Of a stretch of DNA of 64,000 bases, positions 11,823 through 22,763 are shown piece after piece. The translations under genes and the position numbers were made by a program. Origin of the DNA: Diadema antillarum (lineage: Eukaryota); NCBI RefSeq assembly GCF_040938485.1, contig NW_027270917.1, forward strand, positions 1,364,001-1,428,000, read 5' to 3'. The stretch's first letter is position 1. Each line of letters opens with the position of its first letter. The notes beneath the pieces are model-generated. The model saw nothing but the letters and a program-made list of their open reading frames with translations. It had not been told where the DNA came from and made no database searches.

Positions 11823-14800
11823 AGGGGGGGTGCCTTGTCTTGCCCCCTTGCCCCCCCTCTCTCTCTCTCTTTCTTCTAATCTTTCTCAATTTACTCTGGG
11901 TTAGGTCCGTTCAAATTTCCAGCTAACTTTGCAAAATGTTCTCGAGACCAAGACTGAATCCACTGCCACCTATACTTAGCCACTGTTTTCATATTACATG
12001 ACAAAATAAAGGTAATTTCATCCTTTATCCTAAAATCTATATCTATACAAACTCGCCGACTGATTTGGGATTTTACGTTGATAGTTTCGCCATCGATATT
12101 ATAGGATGGAGTCTTTTGTAGGTCAACCGTCACAATATTACAAACGTCTAATCGACGTTCAACGTCCAGACCTATATTTTAGCAGTAATTGTCTGTGCGG
12201 GAACGATGATAGCCAAAAGAGTGTAGCGATAATTGGCAAAAGGAAAAGTACGTTTACGTGTTACGTACCTGTTAGAAGACCAGTGGTCACCGCAGCTGTC
12301 CACGTCACTGGTCAGAATCCACGTGGTCTTCATGACCTCGACGCCGTTGCAGACGTGACAGAGACCAGTCCAGGCGGTGACCGACGTGCCGCCGTTCCAC
12401 AGGACGGAGAAACTGACCGTCTTTCGAGATCTGTCGGCGGACGTCCAGCCTGTAATTCGGCCAGGGATGGTCCCTTCATTGGCAATAAAGGAAGCAATGT
12501 TATTACCCAATTTTCAATACGAATCTACTGACAATGCTACGATTAATAACAGCTTGCCATACCGGGGGTACCTTATTGTACCATTATGCTCACGAAATGA
12601 CTGGAAATGGTCGTAACGTTGTTATTTTTTTCTTCTTCATATTGTTAATTCTATATTCGAGAATGGTATTTTTATTTGGAATTAGTTGATACACCGGTAC
12701 TCTGTTGCCGTTCAACGAAGGCGCAATTATGCTGTTTTTGGACCACGAACAGACGAAATAAATTCTGAATCATTAAAACAGAGCACGTGATAACAGAAAG
12801 AACATCAAAATGTCTAGCTTAAAGTAAAGGGAAAATGTTACTACATAATCCTCATGAATGAAGTATTTTGTACGCTAAATACGGTAAGAATTGCCCGCGA
12901 ACTAAAAAGTGAGCTGAATAGCTCAAATAGCTCTTTAACCTGTCTGTAACCATTATTCAAACATACGTTTTCATCATCAAACATTACAGATTTTAATTCG
13001 ACATTGCATTGATGTGATGCCTTTCAACGCTTTCCCCCGTGACATCTCTATAACGTCTCTTATGAAATCAATTTTAAAATAAAGCAAAGATCTTAGCCAA
13101 CATAACGGTCACTGAATATTACCAGCTGCTCCAAGTTTACGCTCAACGGCAGTCCTGAATTCTCCAGTCACGTGACCAGACGGCTCAATTTCGATGATCA
13201 TCTCAGAACCATGCCCGTTATACCATGTGCCACTGACATTGCAGGCTTTGTTAAGAAATAAATAAAAAAACACACACACACAATGAAAATCTGCGTAACT
13301 TTCTTCAAATGACTGATGTGTTGTTTCCACCACACGAGATAAATTCGTATTTGAAACTGGCTTCTCCCTGTAAAAACTAAAAACAACCCCTCCCCCCCCC
13401 TCCACACACACACAAATAAAGGTAAATTAAAAAAATCCAACGATGAATGGTATTCCAATTGAATTTCGATTATATTTGAACGGAACGCTTTTTTTTTCAC
13501 GGATCCGAATTCTATGAAATAACAATAATATTGCTTTCAGTCATAGATTAGAATATGATTTATGATTTCATCGTCTAAAAACTTCTCATTGTACTGTACA
13601 AAACATGACATTTTATGTTATGAGAAATCACTGGCAGGAATGCTAAAAAAGAAAGCTCATCCAAACGACGCTTAAAGGCAAAACATAGTTCTGGTACACC
13701 TGAAAAAATTGTCAATTTTCGCTCCAAAATGTACACGTATGCCCAAGAAATGTGTGGAATAACGCTGTAATAACAAGATATTCGTTGGGTAACAACGCAA
13801 ATGCGAAATATTAACCAAAAATCTTCGCATCTCAGAACTTTCCCGATCGGGGTCAGGCTAACTCGGACACAACTCGGCCTCACTTAGAATATGACGATCA
13901 TGAACTGCGTATAAATTGTCTGAAATAGGGCCGAGTTGTCCATGAGAGCGAGTAAACCTGGATCCTTCTGGAATAAATACCGACTTTTACTTTTGATCTC
14001 AAAATACTCCGAAACAACGCATCATCCCGGCAAATCGCGCCAGCCAGGTAAGTTTCTTGGTAGACTCTTTCAATATATTGCAAGCAAATATGAAATGGTG
14101 CAAGACGGGTTCTCAAACCCTTACCAGAACTATGTTTTCACTTGAACTCTTTTTTGTATGTGCTTAGAATGCCAATTAGCAAAGAAAACCCCGGGGTCAT
14201 CCCACGAGACCGACACCCACGAGTCATACAGCCTACGAGTTACTCAGTCCATGAGTTCGACACTAAAACAAAAACCCCATGAGTCTGACACTAGGCAAAC
14301 AAAACCCACGAGTTCGACACTAAGCTAAAAATAGATAAAAAAAATAATAACAGATACATACATAAATAAATGAATAAATAAAAATTAAAAATTGAGTTCA
14401 ACACAACATAATGGAAAAAGTGGATCACGAGTTCGACGTTCCATCACGGGGCTTAATGTATCGGTCTCGTGGCAGGGCCTTGCTCGTTTAGTGTCGAACT
14501 CATGGGCCTCCTTTGCTTAGTGTCGGACTCATGGACCATCTTTTTTCTAGTGTCGAACTCAATGGTTGCATGACTCCTGTGCTGTGTAACTAATTGTGGA
14601 CTGTATGACTCGTGGGCTGTGTGACTCGGCTGTATGATTCGTGGGTGTCGAACTCGTGACGTGCACCTGAAACCCCAATAGCGTTGTACACACTTTGCAT
14701 GGAATATTGTCTCTGAAACACAAAGGGTTGATTTCTTACTTGCCACTCCTTCGACTTGACCGTTATCCTCTGGTATCTGAAATGGAATATATGAATTTGT

Positions 14801-15285
14801 TGTGGTAACTACAGGTATATTTACTTCTCTTGATTTAGAAAAGAATGAGTAAAATATGCACTTCCTCTATAGTATCCGGGAGAATATATTTGATTGAACG
14901 GACTTTTTTATGCTATGCCTTCTTTTAGATAAAATCCCATGAATGGATCTATGTTAAGATTTGTAGGTGCTCACTGGTCTGGAAGGTGCAAAGCTGCACC
15001 CGAAAAGGTGCTACAGTTCCATGTGTCACGGGCAAAAGGTGCAAAGTTGAACCCATTTTTCTTACGAGTGTTAAATTGCATATGGGTTCAGTACGTGTAA
15101 AAGTCATCTCCTCGTACCTGATAGACGACGGTCTCCTGGAAGGCAACGCCGACATCCTGGCCACCACGATGTCCGTGGTGGCGGTGGTGGTGGGGATGGT
15201 GGTTGTCCTCGGAGTTACGAGGAGTGGTGACAAAGCCGCTCGAGCCGAAGACGAGCCCGACCAGCAGCAGTGTCCAGTTCAGCAT
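11488..15285 (-). CDS. Secreted avidin-family protein (fibropellin-type avidin domain, no EGF repeats), 256 aa. Coding exons (minus): 15285-15118, 14776-14740, 13967-13884, 13245-13123, 12473-12269, 11641-11488
   Basis: The spliced product is MLNWTLLLVGLVFGSSG (signal peptide)...HHPHHHRHHGH...TCNVSGTWYNGHGSEM...TGEFRTAV...TVSFSVLWNGGTSVTAWTGLCHVCNGVEVMKTTWILTSDVDSCGDHWSSNRIGQDDFTRMEQ...QDN*. All five introns are GT-AG with matching phases (0,1,1,1,2), giving 771 nt. The sequence aligns by eye to chicken avidin and to the CHxCxGxEV motif of sea-urchin fibropellin avidin domains. A strong acceptor 3 nt before the ATG (15288) implies an upstream 5' exon that I did not locate. Confidence 0.9.
11771..11820. 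repeat. (TG)n microsatellite in the last avidin intron
   Basis: Direct reading of the sequence. Confidence 0.9.
14193..14667. mobile_element. MITE-like element with modular inverted arms, in avidin intron 2
   Basis: The left arm has repeated gagttcgacact / gagtcatacagcc modules; the right arm has the inverted agtgtcgaactc / ggctgtatga(c/t)tc modules. The spacer is A-rich. Confidence 0.7.
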
Positions 15286-15513
15286 GATCTGGAAATGCAA
15301 AGAGATCGAACAGCGAGAGCGATAACGTCACGGTTCGTACATCCAAGGTGTGTGTGGTAACTCCTTGGTACATCCCCGATAGAACATGACCTAAACACAG
15401 ACCCACCCCCGTCCCACCAGAAAGGAAATACTAGTACATATCACAACAGCTATTCTTATGCTATTACATTGTTACCAACTGTGTGTTAATTATGACTATA
15501 ACGATTATACTAA

Positions 15514-15646
15514 NNNNNNNNNNNNNNNNNNNNNNNNNNNNNNNNNNNNNNNNNNNNNNNNNNNNNNNNNNNNNNNNNNNNNNNNNNNNNNNNNNNNNNN
15601 NNNNNNNNNNNNNNNNNNNNNNNNNNNNNNNNNNNNNNNNNNNNNN
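15514..15646. other. Assembly gap (133 N)
   Basis: Run of N characters. Confidence 1.
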
Positions 15647-16038
15647 CAAATTGCCCTACATCGACGTAAATAAGCACTGAATTGATTAGCATTTTAGTAG
15701 TAGCCATGATAAAAAAAATCAAGGGCGTACACACTCGAGCAGGATTCGAAACTTCAACCTCTTGATCTCCGGACAGGCGTCGTCTCCACTGGACCACCGA
15801 GCTTCCGCCCGACAGCAAATGTTGGTTCTAATCCTTATACAGGTATGTTATAGCATGCAGCGGGTACTGCGTAATTATTCAAATTCATGACATTCTTTCG
15901 TCGAGATGTTTTCATTGCAACTGATTGACAAATTGCCCTACATCGACGTAAATAAGCACTGAATTGATCAGTGTTTTGGTAGTAGCCATGATTTAAAAAA
16001 AAAAAATCATGGGCGTACACACTCGAGCAGGATTCGAA
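15647..16038 (-). mobile_element. tRNA-derived SINE plus a second, 5'-truncated tandem copy
   Basis: The minus strand reads GGCGGAAGCTCGGTGGTCCAGTGG (A-box-like)...GTTTCGAATCC (B-box-like) at about 15725-15812. 15647-15750 is duplicated at 15929-16038. There is no clean cloverleaf acceptor stem, so this is not a tRNA gene. Confidence 0.7.
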
Positions 16039-16384
16039 CGTATAGGTATAGACTATTGCAATTTTACCGTTCACAAACCTACCACAGCCATGTGTTGCAT
16101 GTTTCACACACCGGTATCTTTCATCAACATTGAAATGTTTTAAAAAAAAAAAGGTTCACGGGTGAAAATGTCAGTGTACGAAGAAATTTGTTGCAATGCA
16201 AAACAGTCGGAGGTCACGACATCAAAAATATTGTAACGTAGCAAACAGTCGGAAGTGTGGTGTAGGATAAAACCATCATAATAATTATTCCCTCTTCGCT
16301 ATATCACTAACTGACTAATATGCGTCAAATCTTAACTCTTTTATCCGTAAGTCTGATCGACTTTGAATATCTGTAGACGGGTCT

Positions 16385-16534
16385 AGGGCAACTACCCCCT
16401 GGGCAATAACCCCATACCCTTCCCCTGACCCTAACCTTAATCCTAAACCTAATCTTAACCCTAAACCTAATCCCAACCCTAATCTTTACTCTAATCTTAT
16501 CACCAACAAGTGTTTAGCCGGGGGTAATTGCCCT
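16385..16534. mobile_element. 150-bp MITE with 14-bp TIRs and a degenerate telomere-like (CCTAAC) core
   Basis: agggcaactacccc ... ggggtaattgccct (13/14 inverted match). The core has CCCTAA/CCTAAA/CCTAAT variants at about 16428-16500. Confidence 0.65.
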
Positions 16535-16758
16535 GATACACTCTAAATAGACTGACGCTCTATGTATCATTTTTTAAAGGTTTTTTCCTTTTTTCACGGC
16601 CCTTTATCATAGATCTAATGCCGCCATAAATGGACATCAAGTGTCAACTACCAGTTCTTAAAAGCAGCCACCTCTCAACGAACTTGTATATACTGTTCTA
16701 CACAATCCCATGCACGCTATGACTTCGAATGAAGGGGGAGGGCGGGGGGTGCTCACAT

Positions 16759-16850
16759 TTAACCCTTCCTGTGCCAGGGACTTTGGACAGTGTGCACAAT
16801 GCTATGGGGTTTTCTGTGCCAATCAGCACTCAGAGCACTCAAAGGGTTAA
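16759..16850. mobile_element. Tiny piggyBac-like MITE (TTAA-CCCTT...AAGGG-TTAA); degenerate relative at about 43269-43367
   Basis: TTAA at both ends with CCC/GGG termini. The internal cctgtgccagggact...atggggttttctgtgccaa..agcactc block is shared with 43278-43350. Confidence 0.65.
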
Positions 16851-19207
16851 AAAGTTTGATCGCATGCAAAACGGGTTCAACGCCATTTTGAAAATTTTAA
16901 AGTAAGGCCACCATCAGACAGAACAAAATAACTACAGTATCCGATGATACCTCACTTGTTGCAGAACAAAAACATTCTTGAAATTATACATATATATGAA
17001 CAAAGATGTCACATATTCTCTTCTTATTTTTTTTTTGTTCTTAGCAGTTTTAATCGCAAATATCTCAAATTGACAAGAATAGGGTTAACTCGCTTGTGAC
17101 GAAACATTTCGTTTTTACATGTTCATTCTCACTGGTTCAAATATTGTCTACTCCCTGATAATAGGGGAGAATATCCGCAAAAAAAAAGGAATATAAAATC
17201 AGAAGGATCAAGACTATAAATCTGCAAAAGTTTCCTATGTCAAGAACCAGCAATTAGAAAGTAATTTTAAAAACAAAAGAAAAGAGAGAGAGAGTGTGTC
17301 TGCCATCAGGAAGTGGACGAAAGGAGGAATTGCCGAGGTATAAGAGCAAAGGCACACAACAGAATTTCGACGGTTCTATCATATGAGGACTATAATGGCA
17401 ATACAGCAGCAGCAGCGGCCTGCGCGAGTCGTCTAAATTGGTGACAAATGGGAAAACTCGAATAAAAAAGAGGATTGGATCCCAGCTTTAAATTATTATT
17501 TTCCCTTTGAAATATATCGACAAACGGGGAATTTTTTCATGAAAGTATATTATGAACCCAGTTGAAGTAAGAACAGCTTATATACCGGAACATTGACTGC
17601 ATCAAAGGATCAAGAATTGAGGAACTTACGGAAGTTGGGGAGTTCGAGAGTGGATGAGGTAAGATGTCGGGAAAAAGGCAACTATATCAGGTTTTGAATG
17701 TTCATTCTCCTGGCTGTGTAATGTTTATTTTTACCGATAAAAAAGAAAACTTCCCATTTAAAGAAAAAAATGATTTGAAAATAAGCAGTAAGATCAGTAT
17801 AAGCGATCGATTATTGAAACTTTGTCAAGTATCATAAGAATTTGAGTGCGTGCCAATCTATATACCTCTATAAACTACAATGCTTTATAGATATGTCACG
17901 AATGAATCGAATCTCGCTTGCGTAAAATTCGTCGGGTAAAAACACCCAGTAGCACGAATACAGGAGGTGTTGTATGATTCATTATAAAATTGTGTTGGGT
18001 GATGTTTGCATCGGCGATAGCCTTGACACAGGTTTAGAGTAATTGATACAATAATTTTCGCAGAAAACGTGACTTAAGTACCACTATCATGGCGAAATAG
18101 ATGAGACGTAAGCTACTCAAGACTTGTTATAACTCCAGCAGTGCGTTTTGTTCTGATCACAACATGAGCACTATACCGTTTACTTAAATCTTCCCATGGT
18201 ATATAAGTCTGCACAGTCTCCACATAGACTGATCTTTTGTTACGTCCTCTCTTACTGCGAGATGCGCTTAGCAAGTGTCAAAGAAAAGGAGTGATTAACT
18301 ACGCAAGTACAGACTGAAATTGTAAGGTTAGGGTCAAAAGACAAGCTTTTGTTGACCTCACATAGACCACATTGAAGTGAGCGCGTTCCATCAAAACTAT
18401 AGTATAGTTAAACCACAATGGGCTTTTGGACTTGGTGCAGAACGTAGTAGACTGAACCATCTCAACGTGCTCCTTGAACTTAGAACAGGCACGGAGCAGG
18501 GAGGTGGGAAGAGACCCCCTCCCTGCACGGAGCTAGCCTTGAGGCTGTACTAATAGCTCCCTGTTAGAACCAGGGTTACAACTTCATGACAAGCATTACA
18601 AGTACATGTATATGTGTGTTGTGTAAGAGGAAGTCAGGGAAAAGAAGAGCACATAGCTATCCCAGGTCCCTGGTCTAGTTCTGGTAGTCGGAATCATTAT
18701 TAATTATGCAGTTTCAATGGTTGCAATACTGTGGAGCTACAAAACAACCCCAACATATAATTGACGATGTCCCACAAAACAATCAGACAGATAAAAACAA
18801 CATTATCAACTCGAAGTCAAACAAATAAAACATCACAACATCACAGCATTCATAGCCATTGCAGATTGAAACTATTAAACATACATGTGTATATCCCTTT
18901 GCTATCTCTCAATAATGAACAAAAAGTGCAGCAACGTATAGCAGTAAAAAAAAAGTAATGATCGAGAGCCATAAAGTGATATATGCTAGCTTATTTACTC
19001 GTTATGGGAGCAGGCAAAATAGTACTATTGTTCGATGATCAGAATGTCGTCGAACGTTTGTTCATATAGGAACAATACCTTAGCATAAGCCGAAGTCAAC
19101 TTCGGCAGAGTTCAAAGGAACTCGGTGCAATCAAATACGCTCACGTCTTTATGTTGCTTACTGTTAACTACGTTATATGATCGCATAACCTTGGCCTTTT
19201 CTCCCAG

Positions 19208-20306
19208 TTTACATTGAAGGATGGCAGAAAAAATTGTCCCTTTGAAGCGCTGATTTCTTATCGACATCCTCTTGAGCAGTTATCTGCGATTTACAGTTTA
19301 AAGATTGATAAACAATCACATATACCCGGGAAGCTGATTATTCGGTTGCCCTTTGTACCTCGTCATACAATCAAATCAGATGTTAGGACGAGATTTATTG
19401 ATGTAATAAAGATTCTCCTTCACTGGGCATTTGGAGGTCAGTTGACATGCTTTTCGAACAAATCATAAATTGCGCAACGTTTTGTCGAGTGACTATACCA
19501 ACTTTGACCGACGTATTTTCTAGTCAATTAAAGAAGTGGGATACTTCATTAGCCCCGTATTATAAAAGATAATTTGGCACACTATTACGAGAATATATAG
19601 CTTAGGATACTACCATGCGACATCATGATGATATAGGCATCATGCGTTGGCAAATGAAAGGCAGGGTTCGGGAAATCTAGACAACTAAAAAAGAACAAAA
19701 ACATACAGAAAACGGCGGTGTAAGGCAGGAATATATCCCATCATTATGCAAAGATGTTGCACGTAGTATTATCATAGGTCTTTTGAGTATAGAACGTGTG
19801 AACAACTTACTGACTATCCATACGAAGATAATAAGATCAAGTATGATCGCTTATCCAAGCCAACCGTTGGTGTTGTAGTATTGTTATATCAAAAATAATC
19901 GTAACACTGAGAAGGGAGATGTTCAAAAGGTATAAAGTAAGGAGAAAAACTTACCCGATTCATCTGGATTGATTTCAGAATTGGAGCTTTCTACAAGCGC
20001 GCTCTGTACTTCACAGGTAAAAAGCTGAAACACTGTCAAAGCTCCACCGGTAGAGTGTGGACCAGCTGCGATACCGATGGTTGCAAATACAATGGGCCTA
20101 ATTTGCACTTGGGACAGGAACTAAATGAGCATTGTATGTTAATCGGGCGTCTGTGTTATCGTTCATCGGTATTTGTACTTCAACTCTCGACACATAGCAC
20201 GATTGAACGGATGCCAAACAGTGCTTCTCGCGATCACACGGGGACCTCGGGGCAAAGCTTGTCTCGTATGACAAAGGCCGCGGGGGGTATTGTCCGGGGG
20301 TATTAG
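19208..20306 (+). CDS. Candidate coding exons of an unidentified gene, possibly ZU5-like (19208-19436; 20017-20133 or read-through to stop 20306)
   Basis: Strong acceptor ccttggccttttctcccag|TTT and donor GGAG|gtcagt bound a 229-nt open exon (FTLKDGRKNCPFEALISYRHPLEQLSAIYSLKIDKQSHIPGKLIIRLPFVPRH...). The next acceptor ctgtacttcacag|GT is phase-compatible. The ZU5 resemblance (xLSxIYSL...IPxxLIIRLPF) is by eye only. No start codon or complete model was established. Confidence 0.35.
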
Positions 20307-22763
20307 AACCAATGGGGGGGGGGGGGGGGGGGGGAGGGGGGCGTGACTTTGGACTTGGCCTGTATTAACATTGCTGCATTTACGATCAACCTTCTAAGAA
20401 AACAGGCACCTCAGAGTAGCACTGACGAACTGTGCAAAATAATCGATCGCCAATGGATATGGGAGACACAAGGGATGTGGATCATGCAGTCCAATGGTTT
20501 GCTGATGATGAAGAATTATGTTACGAAAATTGATTAGGCTATAGGCACCTGTTACGTTGAAATATACAAAGGGAAAGTGACATGGGGGGGGGACGGTGAA
20601 GGAGGGTGAAAGTGCATTCATGGAAGGAATGTTGCAAATGAGAGAATCAAATAGTGAAAGTACATAATGAGGGAAGCAGGGGAAGGGACTTGGGGGAGTA
20701 CATTCCCTCTCCATCTCCCTGCGGTGAATTGCGGTGACTTAGTAGTATGTTTTTGTTTTGTTTCTGTTTCTTTTGCTTATACCCTTAAGGACAAGAATTG
20801 TACACAATGTAATCTCAAGGTTATCTTCAAAGTAACATGCATAATCATGATGTCAATGAAAATGTACTGTCAGACTTACATTGAATTGATAACTTAATTT
20901 TCATCTCTAAAACGAAGCACAATCATCAAAATCGATCGGAAGTTTACAGCGATTGGGCAGAAACGCGAGGTGATATCTCTTGATATCGGCTATATCAAAT
21001 TATGCGATAGGGAGAATGGAGCAATGACATGTCTGCTTATCTCATCATTGCCATCACCGAGTAATCCACAGAACGATTGTGTCATGACTTTGTGACTGTT
21101 TGTCACGTGACTGGGAGGTGAGATAAAGGTCTACCTAATATTTCTTTGAATTTTTTTTTTTTACTTTAAAGGTATAAAGCCCTTTTGCAAACATCATGAC
21201 ATTTTGCATGATTAAAGAATAATGTCTCTGGACATCATGTATGTAATCCTGTGGTAATACACGATAGAGTTAAAAGCAGAAAGAAATGAAAATCTAACCT
21301 AATGTCACTCGAGATTATACCCTCCCTTTTTGTACTGAACATAACGATTGGATGTTTTCGGGGTCCGAATAAATTTATCGGAAGTCTAAAGTATAGTACA
21401 CTGTATTTATTCCCCCTATACCAGAAAGAAGTTTCCAATTTTATTGTTCTGAGGAAAGGTCTGAATTACTTCTCTCTATAATAAAGGTCCTATAGGCAGC
21501 TTATGAAACGAATCTCATTTTCAGGGTTACAAAAGGGACATACAAATTGGATTAGACAGCGTGAAATGTGTCAATGGTATACGTTAGCAGGTCTGCATGT
21601 TAGTATACTTCAATAAGCTCATGTAGGAGGAGTTACTTCCATCAAGAATATTAAATGCAGATGAAGCATATAACGTTTGCTGAATATGATACTGAGTGTT
21701 CAGACTGAGAAACTCCACGGATGATCCTAGACGCACACAGACGTCTAAATGTTGTTATGTCAAGATACCACCATTTTAAGACCTCAAGTTAGACTTCATT
21801 ACACTGACAATCACATTTTAGTGATGCTTGGTAAATATTCTAACATGTCTAATGCGAGTTTCGCCTGAGCTGTCGGTTTGTCCTTACTGATTTCATACTA
21901 CTTTTCTGTTGGGATGTTCCCTGTTTTTGACGATAAAGTATATAGGGCCTACATATTCTTAACCTGAAAAAATTAACATTTCAAAGCTGAAAGTCCTTCT
22001 CATTCGACCCCCCACACGGCACACACACATGAAAAGGAAGTAAGACATTCCACTCCAATCCAAATTTCCGTAAGTCAATTAAAGATTGACTGGTCTGTCA
22101 TTTCTATCTTATTGGTTATACTTTACGGTGGGAAATTCCCTTTCCACGGACAGACAGTATATGAGCATGTCAAACCGGAGAGGATAAACATCTTAACGAT
22201 CAAACAAGTTTCACTTAGTTTCTCTTGGCATCGTGCTTGGGACGCCAAGCTCTTCGACAACACATCGTCTTCACTTCCTGATACCTGGCACTTCATGCAT
22301 TCCCATCACTTCACTGCCATTCTGTCTGACGGTTTGACCTTTACCGATTTCGCACGACTTTTCGTTTGGCATGTTTGGGGGATTCCCTTCTGTCTTCAGT
22401 AAACTTCAAACCTGAAAAACAAAACAAAAGAAAAAAAAAACAGACTGTCCCTAAGCTGGATGTAGACTGGACTGTCTGGCTGTTTGCTGGCTCCCCCCCC
22501 CCCTTTTCATTGTCTTCTTTATTTTTTCTTGTTGTTATTTTTTTTCCGGTCGTAGTAGCGCAACATGCAAGTACTGTAGGCAAGGATAGGTACAGTCGTC
22601 AAACCAGACAAGACTGCTATGTTGATAAGACGTGAACCCTTTTTGTTACTATACATGTCTTAAACCACCGACATAATGAGTTACGTAACTCATAGGTGAG
22701 TACCAGTAATATTAGGAGAGCACATTAATCAGTTGTCAGTGAACGTTTGAGGAAAATCCGGGG

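Noticed and set aside
15725-15812. Possible tRNA gene on the minus strand
   Set aside because: It has A/B-box-like motifs but no convincing acceptor stem or cloverleaf, and it continues into a duplicated body, so it is a SINE head.
22230-22410. Strong minus-strand acceptor (ttttgtttttcag) followed by a purine-rich exon-like block
   Set aside because: All three frames hit a stop within 25 codons and I found no linked exons. It may be non-coding, but I cannot support that.
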